Positions 1 to 8,203 of a DNA stretch of 24,000 bases are shown here, one piece after another (positions within the stretch are counted from its first letter, which is position 1; each line of letters opens with the position of its first letter). Both the position numbers and the translations under genes were made by a program. This stretch comes from Halobacterium sp. DL1. Its GTDB lineage: Archaea; Halobacteriota; Halobacteria; Halobacteriales; Halobacteriaceae. The notes under the pieces were generated by a model. That model searched no databases. It worked only from the letters and a program-made list of their open reading frames with translations, and was not told where the DNA came from. The DNA is taken from NCBI GenBank assembly GCA_000230955.3, contig CP007060.1, positions 2,276,216-2,300,215 of the forward strand. Reading direction: 5' to 3'.

Positions 1-2
1 CG

Positions 3-785
3 GACGCACAGGCCACCGAGGAAGCGGCAGACCCGACCCCCGCTGAGCGCGTCCGCGCCGCGGTCACGGAACGCGGGCGAAACGGGACGGCGGCCGCCGC
101 GGCCGGCGGCCTCCTCTTCGTCAGTGGCGGGCGAGCGGTCGCACGTCGGCGACGCCGGGTGGCCGCACTCCTGCTCGGCGCTGGCGCCCTGGCCGTGGCC
201 GTGCTCCAGCGCCGACGCTCGGGCGAGGACACCGAGAGCGTGGAGGGGCCCGGGTCGACCGACGCCGCGGACGGGGAGTCGACGGTGTCCGCCGAGGCGT
301 ACGCCCACCGGATGGCAGCCAGCACGATGAACCGGACCCGGGCGGGGCCCCGGGGCGTCGACGGGGAACCAGCGGTCGACACCGACACCAACCCCGACGA
401 GGGTCGCGTCCGGTTCTCGACGGGACAGGACGAGGACGTGACGCGGAAACCCCACGTCGACGACGCCGACCCGAAGGACCCGCGGTACCCCGACGAGGGC
501 GACCCCGGAGCCGAAGGCCCCGTGGACGTCAGCCTCTCGAAGACGAAGATGACCGACGAACTCGGCAAGGTGGCGGGCCCCGACGACGACCAGGCCTACC
601 CGTCCCGGGAGGGGACCGACCCCGAGCCGATGTCCGAGCGAGCGCCACCGAGGTACGGCGAGGGTGGGGCGGAGGACCCGGACGGCGAAGAGGAAACTAG
701 CGAGGCGGACGAGGGAACGGCCGGCGCGGACGAGGGGCACGCGGCCGACGACGAGTCCGCAGACGAGGACGAGGACGCGACCTGA
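3..785 (+). CDS. 5'-truncated membrane-anchored, extremely acidic low-complexity protein (hypothetical)
   Basis: The frame is open from the window edge, with no stop between nt 3 and TGA 783-785, so the GTG at 159 used by the ORF track is probably internal. Two hydrophobic stretches (AAAAAGGLLFVSGG and VAALLLGAGALAVAVL) are separated by RRRRR. A D/E/P/G-rich tail of about 190 aa follows and ends DESADEDEDAT. No family recognised. Confidence 0.55.
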   Translation, partial: DAQATEEAADPTPAERVRAAVTERGRNGTAAAAAGGLLFVSGGRAVARRRRRVAALLLGAGALAVAVLQRRRSGEDTESVEGPGSTDAADGESTVSAEAYAHRMAASTMNRTRAGPRGVDGEPAVDTDTNPDEGRVRFSTGQDEDVTRKPHVDDADPKDPRYPDEGDPGAEGPVDVSLSKTKMTDELGKVAGPDDDQAYPSREGTDPEPMSERAPPRYGEGGAEDPDGEEETSEADEGTAGADEGHAADDESADEDEDAT

Positions 786-838
786 GGAGGGACCGCTGGA
801 GCAGTTACCACGGGACGGCCACGGCCTCGCCCGAGTCC

Positions 839-1582
839 TCAGTCCGACCCCGACTCGCCGTCTGTACTTCCTGGCTCGCGCTGGACGACGAGCACTGGAC
901 CGAGGAACTGCTCGGCGACCTGCTCGGACCGCAACCCGAAGACGAACGTGGCCAGCGACGGGTCCGACTCGCCCATGACGACCGCGTCGAACTCGTCGGC
1001 AGCGTCGACGATGGCGTCCATCGGACGCTGCTTCTCCCCGAGGCGGACGTCGAGGGCGTCCTCGTCAATGCCCCGTTCCACGAGACGGGCGGTCACCCCG
1101 TCGAGCAGCGTCTCGGCGTCCTCGTCGGTCTCCCCTTCGGCGGCGACGTGGAACAACGTCACCGCGACGCCCGTGCCCGCGAACAGCCCCGCGACCAGGC
1201 GAGCCAGCCGGTCGACGCCGACGGCGCCCCGGACCGCGACGAGGACGTCCTCGGGCGGCCCGGTGGCGTTCGGGACGAGCACGGCGAGACAGTCGTGCTC
1301 GGCGATGGTCCGGTCGATGGTCTGCTGGCCGGCGTGCGTGAACACGAGGCGCGTCTCGACGGTCGCCCCCGCGTCCACGAGTATCGACTCGAGCTCGTCG
1401 AGTCGATTGGTCGCCCGGTCCTCGAACTGCAGGCGGGCCTGACCGGGTGCGGTCTGGTCGGGTACGACGTGGTAGCCCAGCAGGACCACGTGGGCGTTCG
1501 CGAGCAGTTCGGGGACGCCCTCCGGGATCGACTCCCCCTCGAGGACGCGGACTGGAACGAGTACGGTGGGTCTGTCTTGCAT
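839..1582 (-). CDS. universal stress protein family protein (two tandem USP-like domains)
   Basis: 247 aa. The N-terminal half starts TVLVPV. The C-terminal half starts VLVAVRG and ends with a USP-like G-x2-G-x9-G(S/T)-type segment (VVMGESDPSLATFVFGLRSEQVAEQ). ATG 1582 lies 2 nt after the stop (1585-1587) of the upstream permease, so the two look like an operon. Confidence 0.8.
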   Translation of the reverse strand: MQDRPTVLVPVRVLEGESIPEGVPELLANAHVVLLGYHVVPDQTAPGQARLQFEDRATNRLDELESILVDAGATVETRLVFTHAGQQTIDRTIAEHDCLAVLVPNATGPPEDVLVAVRGAVGVDRLARLVAGLFAGTGVAVTLFHVAAEGETDEDAETLLDGVTARLVERGIDEDALDVRLGEKQRPMDAIVDAADEFDAVVMGESDPSLATFVFGLRSEQVAEQFLGPVLVVQREPGSTDGESGSD

Positions 1583-1584
1583 TG

Positions 1585-3015
1585 TCAGAAGTCACCCCTC
1601 AGTTCGACGGTGCCGGCGTAGTACCGGTACCAGAGATAGGAGACGAGCATCACCGCGCCGCCGATGGCGATGGAGGCCCACTGCATGAACGCGACCAGCC
1701 CGAAACTGGCGGCCGCTCCGACGACCGGCAGGACCGGAACGCCCGGCATCCGGTAGCTGGGGTCGTACCAGTCGGGGTCGCGCCGGCGCAGGACGAGCAC
1801 CGCGACGCAGATGAGGCCGTACATGACGAGGTGGAGGAACGAGGCAACCTCCGCGAGCACCGCCACCTCGCCGGTGGCGACGAGCAGGAGAATCGGGCCG
1901 CCCGCCGCCAGCAGCGCGACGTGGGGCGTGCCGTACCGGAGGTTGATCCGGCTGGCTCGCCGGGGGAGCAGGGCGTCCCGGCTCAACGCGTACACCGTGC
2001 GGGAGGCGCTGAGTATCGACGCGTTCGCGCTGGAGAACGTCGCAAGCAGGCCGGCGAAGAGGATGGCCACCGCGCCCGGGAGGCCGAGGAAGTCCCGGGC
2101 TACCTCAACCATCGCCGTCTCGCCGAACCCCGACAGCTGGGAGGCGCCGAACGCGCTCGTCGCGACGAAGATGGTCACCACGTAGAAGACGGTGACGACG
2201 AGCACCGACCCGACCATCGCCAGCGGGAGGTTGCGGCCGGGCTGCTTGATGTCGCCGGCGACGGTGGCGACCTGCGCGAAGCCGAGGTAGGAGGTGAACA
2301 CGAGCGCGGCGGTGCTGAGGACGGGGAAGTACCCCCGCGAGAAGAACGCCTCCGGGACCGTCTGGCGGCCGAAGACGCCGAGCGCGTCGAGGGAGCCGTA
2401 GGAGAGGAACAGCGTCAACACGACCAGCAGGAGCGCCACGACGACGTTCTGGAGTTTGGCGGTGTTCTCCGTGCCGGTGACGCTCAGGGCGGTCAGGACG
2501 ACGGCGAACAGCAGGCCCATCGGAACCACCGGACTCAGCGACAGTTCGATTCCGACCTCCCCGAGGACCGCGGCGGCGTAGTGACCCAGCCCCACGAGGT
2601 AGAACGCGGAGGCGAACACCAGTCCGAGCCACAGTCCGAGGCCGACGATGGCCCCGAAGGCCGTTCCCATGCTCCGCGAGACGAAGAAGTAGCCGCCGCC
2701 GCTCCGGGGCATCGCGGTCGCCAGTTCGGAGGCCGGCAGCGCGACCAGCAGCGCGACGACGCCGCCGACGCCGAACGAGAGCGCCGCTGCGGGACCCGCG
2801 TTCCCGGCAGCCAGCCCCGGGAAGACGAAGATACCCGCGCCGATCATCGTCCCGATACCGATGGCCAACCCGCCGACGAGGCCGATGGTCCGCTCGAGTT
2901 CGACGTCCTCCTCGTGGACCGTGACCTCGTCGGAGACCGCCCGGGGCTCGGGTTCGGGTGACTCCCCCTCGAGGTTCTCCCCGGTCCCGGGAGTGGGCTT
3001 CGAGTCTGTCGTCAA
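1585..3015 (-). CDS. APC-superfamily amino acid permease
   Basis: 476 aa polytopic membrane protein. The N-terminal motif [19 protein letters not shown] is typical of APC/amino-acid-polyamine-organocation permeases, and about 12 hydrophobic segments are visible. The only in-frame start after the upstream stop (3046-3048) is TTG at 3015. The next ATG is already inside TM1. Confidence 0.85.
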   Translation of the reverse strand: MTTDSKPTPGTGENLEGESPEPEPRAVSDEVTVHEEDVELERTIGLVGGLAIGIGTMIGAGIFVFPGLAAGNAGPAAALSFGVGGVVALLVALPASELATAMPRSGGGYFFVSRSMGTAFGAIVGLGLWLGLVFASAFYLVGLGHYAAAVLGEVGIELSLSPVVPMGLLFAVVLTALSVTGTENTAKLQNVVVALLLVVLTLFLSYGSLDALGVFGRQTVPEAFFSRGYFPVLSTAALVFTSYLGFAQVATVAGDIKQPGRNLPLAMVGSVLVVTVFYVVTIFVATSAFGASQLSGFGETAMVEVARDFLGLPGAVAILFAGLLATFSSANASILSASRTVYALSRDALLPRRASRINLRYGTPHVALLAAGGPILLLVATGEVAVLAEVASFLHLVMYGLICVAVLVLRRRDPDWYDPSYRMPGVPVLPVVGAAASFGLVAFMQWASIAIGGAVMLVSYLWYRYYAGTVELRGDF

Positions 3016-3134
3016 TTCCGGCTCACGAGTAGCTGTATCGGAACGTCAGCCAATAAAACTGTACCCGGTCAGAGACCCCGTCAGGGGGTCGACGGCCGCT
3101 TCGCCGATGCTCCCGGAGGAGACCCAGTGGCGAC

Positions 3135-4502
3135 TCACTCGGTCGGTTCGGTCTCGTCCGGTTCGGTCTCGTCCGGTTCGGTCTCGTCCGGTTCCCGGAT
3201 GACGATGCTCGTGACGCGGGCGCCGTCGACGCCCTCGACGGAGAGCCGGTAGCCGTCAGCCTCCACCTCGTCGCCGACCTCCGGGGCCCGCCCCAGGCGG
3301 TCGAGGACGAGGCCGCCGAGCGTCCCGAACTCGTCGCTCTCGAGGTCGGCGTCGAGCGCCTCGTTGACCGCCGCCAGCGAGACGCCGCCGTCGACGACGT
3401 AGGTGCCGTCGGCGCGCCGGTCGATGGAGGGTTCGCCTTCGACTTCGTCGAACTGGTCCTGGATGTCGCCGACGACCACCTCCACGACGTCCTCGACGGT
3501 GGCGATGCCTTCGAGGGAGCCCCACTCGTCGATGACGGCGGCCATCTGGCTGTGGTCGCGCTGGAACTCCACCAGGAGGTCGTTGACGCGGGTGCTCTCG
3601 GGGACGACGGTCAGTTCCCGCGCGATGTCGCCGGCCGTGAGGGGTTCGCCCGTCGCGTCGACGGACTCGCTGGCCCGGAGCACGTCCTTGACGTCGACGA
3701 AGCCGACGACCTGGTCCTGGTCGTCAGCCTCGACGACCGGGTAGCGCGTGTGGCCCTCCGAGAGGACCACCGAACGGATCTCCGAGAGCGGCAGGTCCTC
3801 GGACACGCTCACGACGTCGGGTCGCGGGACCATCACCTCGCGGACGGTGATGTCGTCGAGTTCGAAGACGCGCTCGATCATCTCCACCTCCTCGCGGTCG
3901 ACGTGGCCCTGCTTGCCGGAGTGGGAGAGCACCATCAGGATCTCCTCCTCCTGGAGGGTCTCCTCGCTCTCGGAGGCGGGCTTGACGCCGATGAGGCTGG
4001 TGAAGAAGTTGGCCGTCCCGTTGAAGACGACGATGCCGGGGACGAAGAGGTAGTAGAAGAACTTCATCGGCGGCGCGAGCAGCAGCGACATCCGCTCGGC
4101 CTCCGCGATGGCGATGGTCTTCGGCGCGAGTTCCCCGAAGACGACGTGGAGGAAGGTGATGAAGCCGAAGCCGAGCGCGAACGCGACCAGGTGGACGAGG
4201 CTCTCGGGGAGAATCGTCCCCAGGAACGGTTCGATGAGCGCTGCGACCGCGGGTTCGCCGATCCAGCCGAGACCCAGCGAGGCGAGCGTGATGCCGAGCT
4301 GGGTGGCCGCGAGGTAGTCGTCGAGGTTCGTCACCGCGTCCGAGAGGGTGGCCGCTCCGGGTTCCCCCTCCTCGACGAGTCGCTCCACGGTCGTCGAGCG
4401 GATCCGGACGAGCGCGAACTCCGAGGCGACGAAGAAGCCGTTCAGCGCAACCAGGAAGAACGCAAGGAACAGCCGACCGAACGAGAACGCGGCGTTCACC
4501 AT
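3135..4502 (-). CDS. hemolysin-family / CNNM-type protein (DUF21 membrane domain + CBS pair + CorC_HlyC domain)
   Basis: 455 aa. The N-terminal region LNGFFVASEFALVRIR...TQLGITL...GELAPK is the DUF21/CNNM signature. The central part looks like a CBS pair (VREVMVPR...HTRYPV...VGFVDVKD) and the C-terminal part like CorC_HlyC (GTLGG...LGRAPEVGDEVE..GYRL.V). The C-terminal tail is EPDETEPDETEPDETEPTE. Confidence 0.88.
   Translation of the reverse strand: MVNAAFSFGRLFLAFFLVALNGFFVASEFALVRIRSTTVERLVEEGEPGAATLSDAVTNLDDYLAATQLGITLASLGLGWIGEPAVAALIEPFLGTILPESLVHLVAFALGFGFITFLHVVFGELAPKTIAIAEAERMSLLLAPPMKFFYYLFVPGIVVFNGTANFFTSLIGVKPASESEETLQEEEILMVLSHSGKQGHVDREEVEMIERVFELDDITVREVMVPRPDVVSVSEDLPLSEIRSVVLSEGHTRYPVVEADDQDQVVGFVDVKDVLRASESVDATGEPLTAGDIARELTVVPESTRVNDLLVEFQRDHSQMAAVIDEWGSLEGIATVEDVVEVVVGDIQDQFDEVEGEPSIDRRADGTYVVDGGVSLAAVNEALDADLESDEFGTLGGLVLDRLGRAPEVGDEVEADGYRLSVEGVDGARVTSIVIREPDETEPDETEPDETEPTE
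3138..3195. repeat. 15-nt tandem repeat (GGTTCGGTCTCGTCC, 3 perfect copies plus partial flanks) inside the 3' end of the CNNM gene
   Basis: Perfect copies lie at 3145-3159, 3160-3174 and 3175-3189. A partial copy GGTTCC follows at 3190-3195 and a related CTCGGTC precedes at 3138-3144. On the minus strand it encodes (EPDET)x3. Confidence 0.95.
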
Positions 4503-4670
4503 CGCTGTCCCCGTCGGTCGGACCGCTGGACTGTTGGCTCCCGTGGCGTCGACCGTGGCGGCGTCTCGAGTTTGGTGAGCGGCTCGCTCATTCGTTGTGG
4601 GAAATCCGGGTCACGTCCCTGTCAATGCTTGGATTGGTCGCCTCGGAGAGGGCCGATTCATCCCATCCTT

Positions 4671-4676
4671 TCTATA
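4671..4676 (+). promoter_or_regulatory. candidate TATA box (TCTATA) for the PiT gene
   Basis: CTTTCTATAG is centred about 25 nt upstream of ATG 4699, which fits a leaderless haloarchaeal transcript. It is the only AT-rich patch in the 196-nt divergent intergenic region. Confidence 0.35.
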
Positions 4677-4698
4677 GCTGCCCGCTGAAACGGCCTGT

Positions 4699-5901
4699 AT
4701 GAGCGTCGTCTTCTGGGCCCTCGTGGCCTTCGCGACCGTCAGCTGTCTGTTCATGGCGTGGTCGCTCGGCGCGAACAGCAACTCACCGCCGTTCGCGCCC
4801 GCCATCGGCGCGAACGCGGTGTCGACAATGCGCGCGGCGTTCCTCATCGGCATCCTCGCGGCCGCCGGCGCGCTCACGCAGGGCGGGGCCATCTCCGAGA
4901 CGGTCGGCGCGAACCTCATCCGCGGTGTCACCATCACGCCGCTGGCGGCGACGACGGGGCTGCTGGTGGCCGCGTCGTTCATGGCGTTCGGCGTCTACAG
5001 CGGCTACCCCGTCCCCGCGGCGTTCGCGACGACCGGCGCGATGGTCGGCGTGGGCCTCGGCCTCGGCGGCGCCCCGGCGTTCGAGACGTACCGGGAGATC
5101 GGGACGTTCTGGCTGCTCGTTCCGCCGATGTCCGGCGGGCTGGCCTACCTCACCGCGACCCTGCTCCGGCGCGAGGACGTCCCCGAGACCCTGTCCATCC
5201 CTTTGCTCGCGGCCGTGGTCGCCGCTATCCTCGCGAACGTCCAGCTAGGGGTGATTCCGCACCCGGAGCAAGCACAGGCCTCGGTCGCAGCGGCGGTGGC
5301 CGTCTTCGTCGGCGGACCCACCGTCCTCGGCGTCGACCTCGTCGTGGTCGTCGTCACGCTGCTGTTCGCCGTCCTCGCGTTCCGCTACATCCAGCGCCGG
5401 ACGCGGGCGTCCGTCGAGACCGGCATCCGGACGTTCCTGTTCGCGCTCGGCAGCGTGGTCGCGTTCTCCAGCGGCGGCAGCCAGGTGGGACTCGCGACCG
5501 GCCCCCTCGAGAACCTCTACGGCGTCGAACTCGGCCTCCCCGGGACCACCCTGCTCGCCATCGGCGCGACCGGCATCCTCGCCGGCGCGTGGATGGGCGC
5601 CCCCCGCCTCCTGCAGGCGACCTCCCGGGAGTACGCCCAGCTCGGCCTGCGGCGTTCCATCGCGGCGCTCGTCCCCGGGTTCGTCATCGCCCAGGTCGCC
5701 ATCGCCCTGGGCATCCCCATCTCCTTCAACAACATCATCATCTCCGGCGTCATCGGCGGCGGCCTCGCGGCGGGGACGGCGGGCGTCTCCCGCCGGAAGA
5801 TAGGCGTCACCGTCGGCTTCTGGGTCATCACGCTCGCGACCTCGATAGCCACCGGCTACGGGCTCTATCAGCTCCTCTCCGGGCTGTTCGGCATCCAGTA
5901 G
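4699..5901 (+). CDS. PiT-family inorganic phosphate (anion) transporter
   Basis: 400 aa polytopic membrane protein. The N-terminal segment MAWSLGANSNSPPFAPAIGANAV resembles the PiT/PHO4 G-A-N-D-x-x-N signature region. A second, related half-repeat (SSGGSQVGLATGPL) occurs in the C-terminal half. The signature Asp is not conserved, as I recall for archaeal PiT homologues. Confidence 0.72.
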   Translation: MSVVFWALVAFATVSCLFMAWSLGANSNSPPFAPAIGANAVSTMRAAFLIGILAAAGALTQGGAISETVGANLIRGVTITPLAATTGLLVAASFMAFGVYSGYPVPAAFATTGAMVGVGLGLGGAPAFETYREIGTFWLLVPPMSGGLAYLTATLLRREDVPETLSIPLLAAVVAAILANVQLGVIPHPEQAQASVAAAVAVFVGGPTVLGVDLVVVVVTLLFAVLAFRYIQRRTRASVETGIRTFLFALGSVVAFSSGGSQVGLATGPLENLYGVELGLPGTTLLAIGATGILAGAWMGAPRLLQATSREYAQLGLRRSIAALVPGFVIAQVAIALGIPISFNNIIISGVIGGGLAAGTAGVSRRKIGVTVGFWVITLATSIATGYGLYQLLSGLFGIQ

Positions 5902-5909
5902 CGGTCGGC

Positions 5910-6341
5910 CTACCGCACGACGGTGACGGTCACCGGCGCCTCGCTGACGACGGTCGTCGCGACGGTCCCGAGCAGTCGGCTCGTCAGGTCGCCACGCTCC
6001 CCGCCGTGGCCGCCCATCACGACGTGGTCGACGTCGTGGTCCGCGACGTACGCGAGGATGGCGTCCGCCGGGTCGCCGGTGTCGACGGCCGTCTCGACGG
6101 GGCGCTCGGCCGACGCGGCCTCGGTCTCGGCGCGCTGAATCAGCTCCGCTGCTCGCTCGCGACCGGCGTCCAGGCGCGAATCGTCGGGTTCGAGGACGCC
6201 GCTCTCGCTCATCCCCGTGTCGAGAGGCGTGACGACGTTCAGCACCGTCACGCGGCAGTCGAAGGTCGCGAGCGCGTGGCGGAGCGCCTCGTCGGCCAGC
6301 GGCGACCCGTCGAGGGGAACGAGCACGTGCGATGGGGTCAC
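5910..6341 (-). CDS. universal stress protein (UspA family)
   Basis: 143 aa. HVLVPLDGS at the N-terminus and HVVMGGHGGERGDLTSRLLGTVATTVVSEAPVTVTVV at the C-terminus form the classical USP ATP-binding motif. GTG start at 6341. The gene is convergent with PiT; 8 nt separate the two ORF ends. Confidence 0.9.
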   Translation of the reverse strand: MTPSHVLVPLDGSPLADEALRHALATFDCRVTVLNVVTPLDTGMSESGVLEPDDSRLDAGRERAAELIQRAETEAASAERPVETAVDTGDPADAILAYVADHDVDHVVMGGHGGERGDLTSRLLGTVATTVVSEAPVTVTVVR

Positions 6342-6364
6342 GTGCGTACTTCACGGACGAGACG

Positions 6365-6370
6365 TAAATA
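6365..6370 (-). promoter_or_regulatory. candidate TATA box (TATTTA on minus strand) for uspA 5910..6341
   Basis: The minus strand reads CTATTTACGTC, centred about 26 nt upstream of the GTG at 6341. This suggests a leaderless transcript. Confidence 0.4.
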
Positions 6371-6414
6371 GCGTGGCGACGCGGCTAACCGGCGCCGGGG
6401 CGTAGGCTCCGCGG

Positions 6415-6948
6415 ATGGTCAACGCGTTCTGGCTGGACCGCGACCTCGACCAGGCGGCCCGCTGGCTGGTGGACGCCCACGTCACCAGCAGCGTCTTCGA
6501 ATGCTCGATGGTGCTCACGACGGCCGTCCAGTTGCACGGCTACCCAAGCGACGACGACCTCTACTTCACGCACCCCGACCATCCGCTCACGCAGTGGGCG
6601 GCGGACGCGTACGGGAACTGGCGGACCCTCCACGCGTACACCGAGGCGGCCCACGAGGAGTGGCGCTACCGGTGGGACCACGAGCCAGCGGAGTCCCACG
6701 GCTCCTGGGCTGTCGTCGAGACGCTCGACGGCGACGCGGTGGCCGACCTCGCGTGGCCGCGCGAGACGGCGCGCGACCCCCCGCAGGTGACGGGGAAGTG
6801 GACGGCGCCCGACTACGTCGACGCCTACCGCTACTACTACGCCAACGAGAAGCGCGACCTCTTCGAGTGGTCGAAGGACCGGACGGAGCCGCCGTGGCTA
6901 GCGGAGTACACGGTCGAAGACGACCCCGTCGACGCGAGCGGTGAGTGA
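6415..6948 (+). CDS. conserved hypothetical cytoplasmic protein (family not securely identified)
   Basis: 177 aa, acidic, Trp/Tyr/His-rich, with no TM segment. The N-terminal pattern FWLDRDLDQAARWLVDAHV..S..E....L, a central THP.HP...W and the C-terminal AYRYYY..EKR....W remind me of a small phage/bacterial protein family sometimes labelled pyrimidine-dimer glycosylase-like. That link is from memory only. Confidence 0.6.
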   Translation: MVNAFWLDRDLDQAARWLVDAHVTSSVFECSMVLTTAVQLHGYPSDDDLYFTHPDHPLTQWAADAYGNWRTLHAYTEAAHEEWRYRWDHEPAESHGSWAVVETLDGDAVADLAWPRETARDPPQVTGKWTAPDYVDAYRYYYANEKRDLFEWSKDRTEPPWLAEYTVEDDPVDASGE

Positions 6949-7094
6949 CTGATGGGCGGACCGCCGAGCGTCCGGAACTACGACCGCGAACTGGGGGCGA
7001 CCGTCACCCGACTGGGCCGCCGACTCGACCGTGCGTCTCGCGGCGTCCACACCTGTAAAAACGGCTTTCCGCTGCCACGCCGCTCCCCAAGTGC

Positions 7095-8141
7095 GTGAAT
7101 CGGCTAGCTCCGGTCGAGATGGAACTCACCCGACGGCGGAAAGCCGCAGTGCTCGCTGTCGCGGTGCTCGTCGTCGGCGCCGCGGCCTACGGACTCCTCG
7201 TCTTCGACAGGCCGAGCGTCGAGTCTGTCGAAAACGAGTGGGGCACCGTCGAGGAGAATCAGAGCGAGGTCGAGACGAAAATCGCGGTCGACAATCCCTG
7301 GTTGCTCAGGCTCGCCGACAGCGCGGCGAACGTCAAATACACGGTCGCGCTCAACGACGTCGTCTTCGCCACCGAGGAGAAGAAGCGGGTGACGCTCGGC
7401 AGCGACGACACCCTCACGACGTCGACGTGGGTGAACAACGACCGGATTCCGGAGTGGTGGGTGACGCACGTGAACAACAACGAGACGACGACCGTGACCG
7501 TCGACCCCTCCGTCGTGGTCCGGTACGCCGGCCTGAAACTGCCGGCGGAGTCCCTGACCCGGAACCGGACGTTCCAGACGAACCTGCTCGAACCGCTCGA
7601 GACGGAGGAGACGCGGCGGTTCTCGGCGTTCGGCCGGGAGGTCCTCGTCGTCGACGAGACGGACGCGCAGTGGGGCCAGGCGACCGCGGAACGGACGCCC
7701 ATCGACGCGTCGGCCAGGGTGACGAACTCGCTCCCCGCCCCCATCCCCGTCACCGAGATTCAGTACACCGTCCGGATGAACGGCATCGTCGTCGGGAGCG
7801 GCCAGGCCGCCGAGCAGACGGTGCTCCCGGCCCAGAGCACGCGGACGCTGGAGGCCCGCGCGGTAATCGACAACTCGAAGCTGGACGACTGGTGGGTTAC
7901 CCACCTGCGGAACAACCAGACGACGCGGCTCACCGTCACCTTCGACGCGACGGTCCAGTACGGCGCCGTCGAGCGAACGCTCCCCCTGGAGTTCCTCTCC
8001 TACAACCGGACGTTCGAGACCGACGTGTTCGGGTCGGGGTCGGTCGGGAACCAGTCCGAGTCGCGGGGCGCACTGCCAGAGGGACCGCCGGCCCCGACGA
8101 CGAGCCACCGTTCGTCAGCGCTGGCCGGCGCCCGGGGGTAG
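7095..8141 (+). CDS. membrane-anchored LEA type 2 (LEA_2/WHy) family protein with two tandem domains
   Basis: The N-terminal signal-anchor is RRRKAAVLAVAVLVVGAAAYGLLVF. Two homologous modules follow. Module 1 reads ...IPEWWVTHVNNNETTTVTV...YAG...LTRNRTFQTNLL and module 2 reads ...LDDWWVTHLRNNQTTRLTV...YGA...LSYNRTFETDVF. The start is GTG 7095 or ATG 7119 (MELTRRRK). Confidence 0.75.
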   Translation: MNRLAPVEMELTRRRKAAVLAVAVLVVGAAAYGLLVFDRPSVESVENEWGTVEENQSEVETKIAVDNPWLLRLADSAANVKYTVALNDVVFATEEKKRVTLGSDDTLTTSTWVNNDRIPEWWVTHVNNNETTTVTVDPSVVVRYAGLKLPAESLTRNRTFQTNLLEPLETEETRRFSAFGREVLVVDETDAQWGQATAERTPIDASARVTNSLPAPIPVTEIQYTVRMNGIVVGSGQAAEQTVLPAQSTRTLEARAVIDNSKLDDWWVTHLRNNQTTRLTVTFDATVQYGAVERTLPLEFLSYNRTFETDVFGSGSVGNQSESRGALPEGPPAPTTSHRSSALAGARG

Positions 8142-8159
8142 CCAGTACGGAGCGACGGA

Positions 8160-8180
8160 CTCCGCCTCGTCACGGCGGAG
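8160..8180. terminator. hairpin between convergent genes (7-bp stem CTCCGCC/GGCGGAG, 7-nt loop)
   Basis: It sits in the 62-nt gap between the LEA_2 stop (8139-8141) and the GDPD stop (8204-8206). There is no adjacent T-run, so a terminator role is speculative. Confidence 0.2.
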
Positions 8181-8203
8181 CGGTGAGTAGCTCCGGCAGA
8201 AAT

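Noticed and set aside
1447-2961. Very long alternative-frame and antisense ORFs across the window, for example 1447..2961(+), 4758..6371(+), 5245..6354(-), 7031..8266(+), 14080..16134(-), 14271..16331(+), 17042..17863(-), 19141..20160(+) and 19712..20761(-).
   Set aside because: Their translations are monotonous Arg/Pro/Gly/Asp-rich strings with no motifs. Each overlaps a gene with clear family signatures in another frame. Stop-codon scarcity in DNA of about 70% GC produces such ORFs by chance.
3138-3195. The tandem 15-nt repeat, considered as a possible CRISPR-like array.
   Set aside because: The copies are directly abutting with no spacers, the units are far shorter than CRISPR repeats, and the whole repeat is in-frame coding sequence.
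6952-7098. A small ORF of about 48 codons starting at ATG 6952 (MGGPPSVRNYDRELGATVTRLGRRLDRASRGVHTCKNGFPLPRRSPSA) between the 6415 gene and the LEA_2 gene.
   Set aside because: It is basic and Arg-rich, unlike haloarchaeal proteins. It has no motif, and it spans the likely LEA_2 promoter (GTAAAAAC at 7054-7061).
8144-8151. A shared 8-mer AGTACGGA near both borders of the low-GC segment (8144-8151 and 13923-13930), considered as possible insertion-site direct repeats.
   Set aside because: An 8-nt match between two windows of 60-300 nt is roughly a one-in-four chance event. The flanking bases do not extend the match, and no integrase or tRNA target is present.
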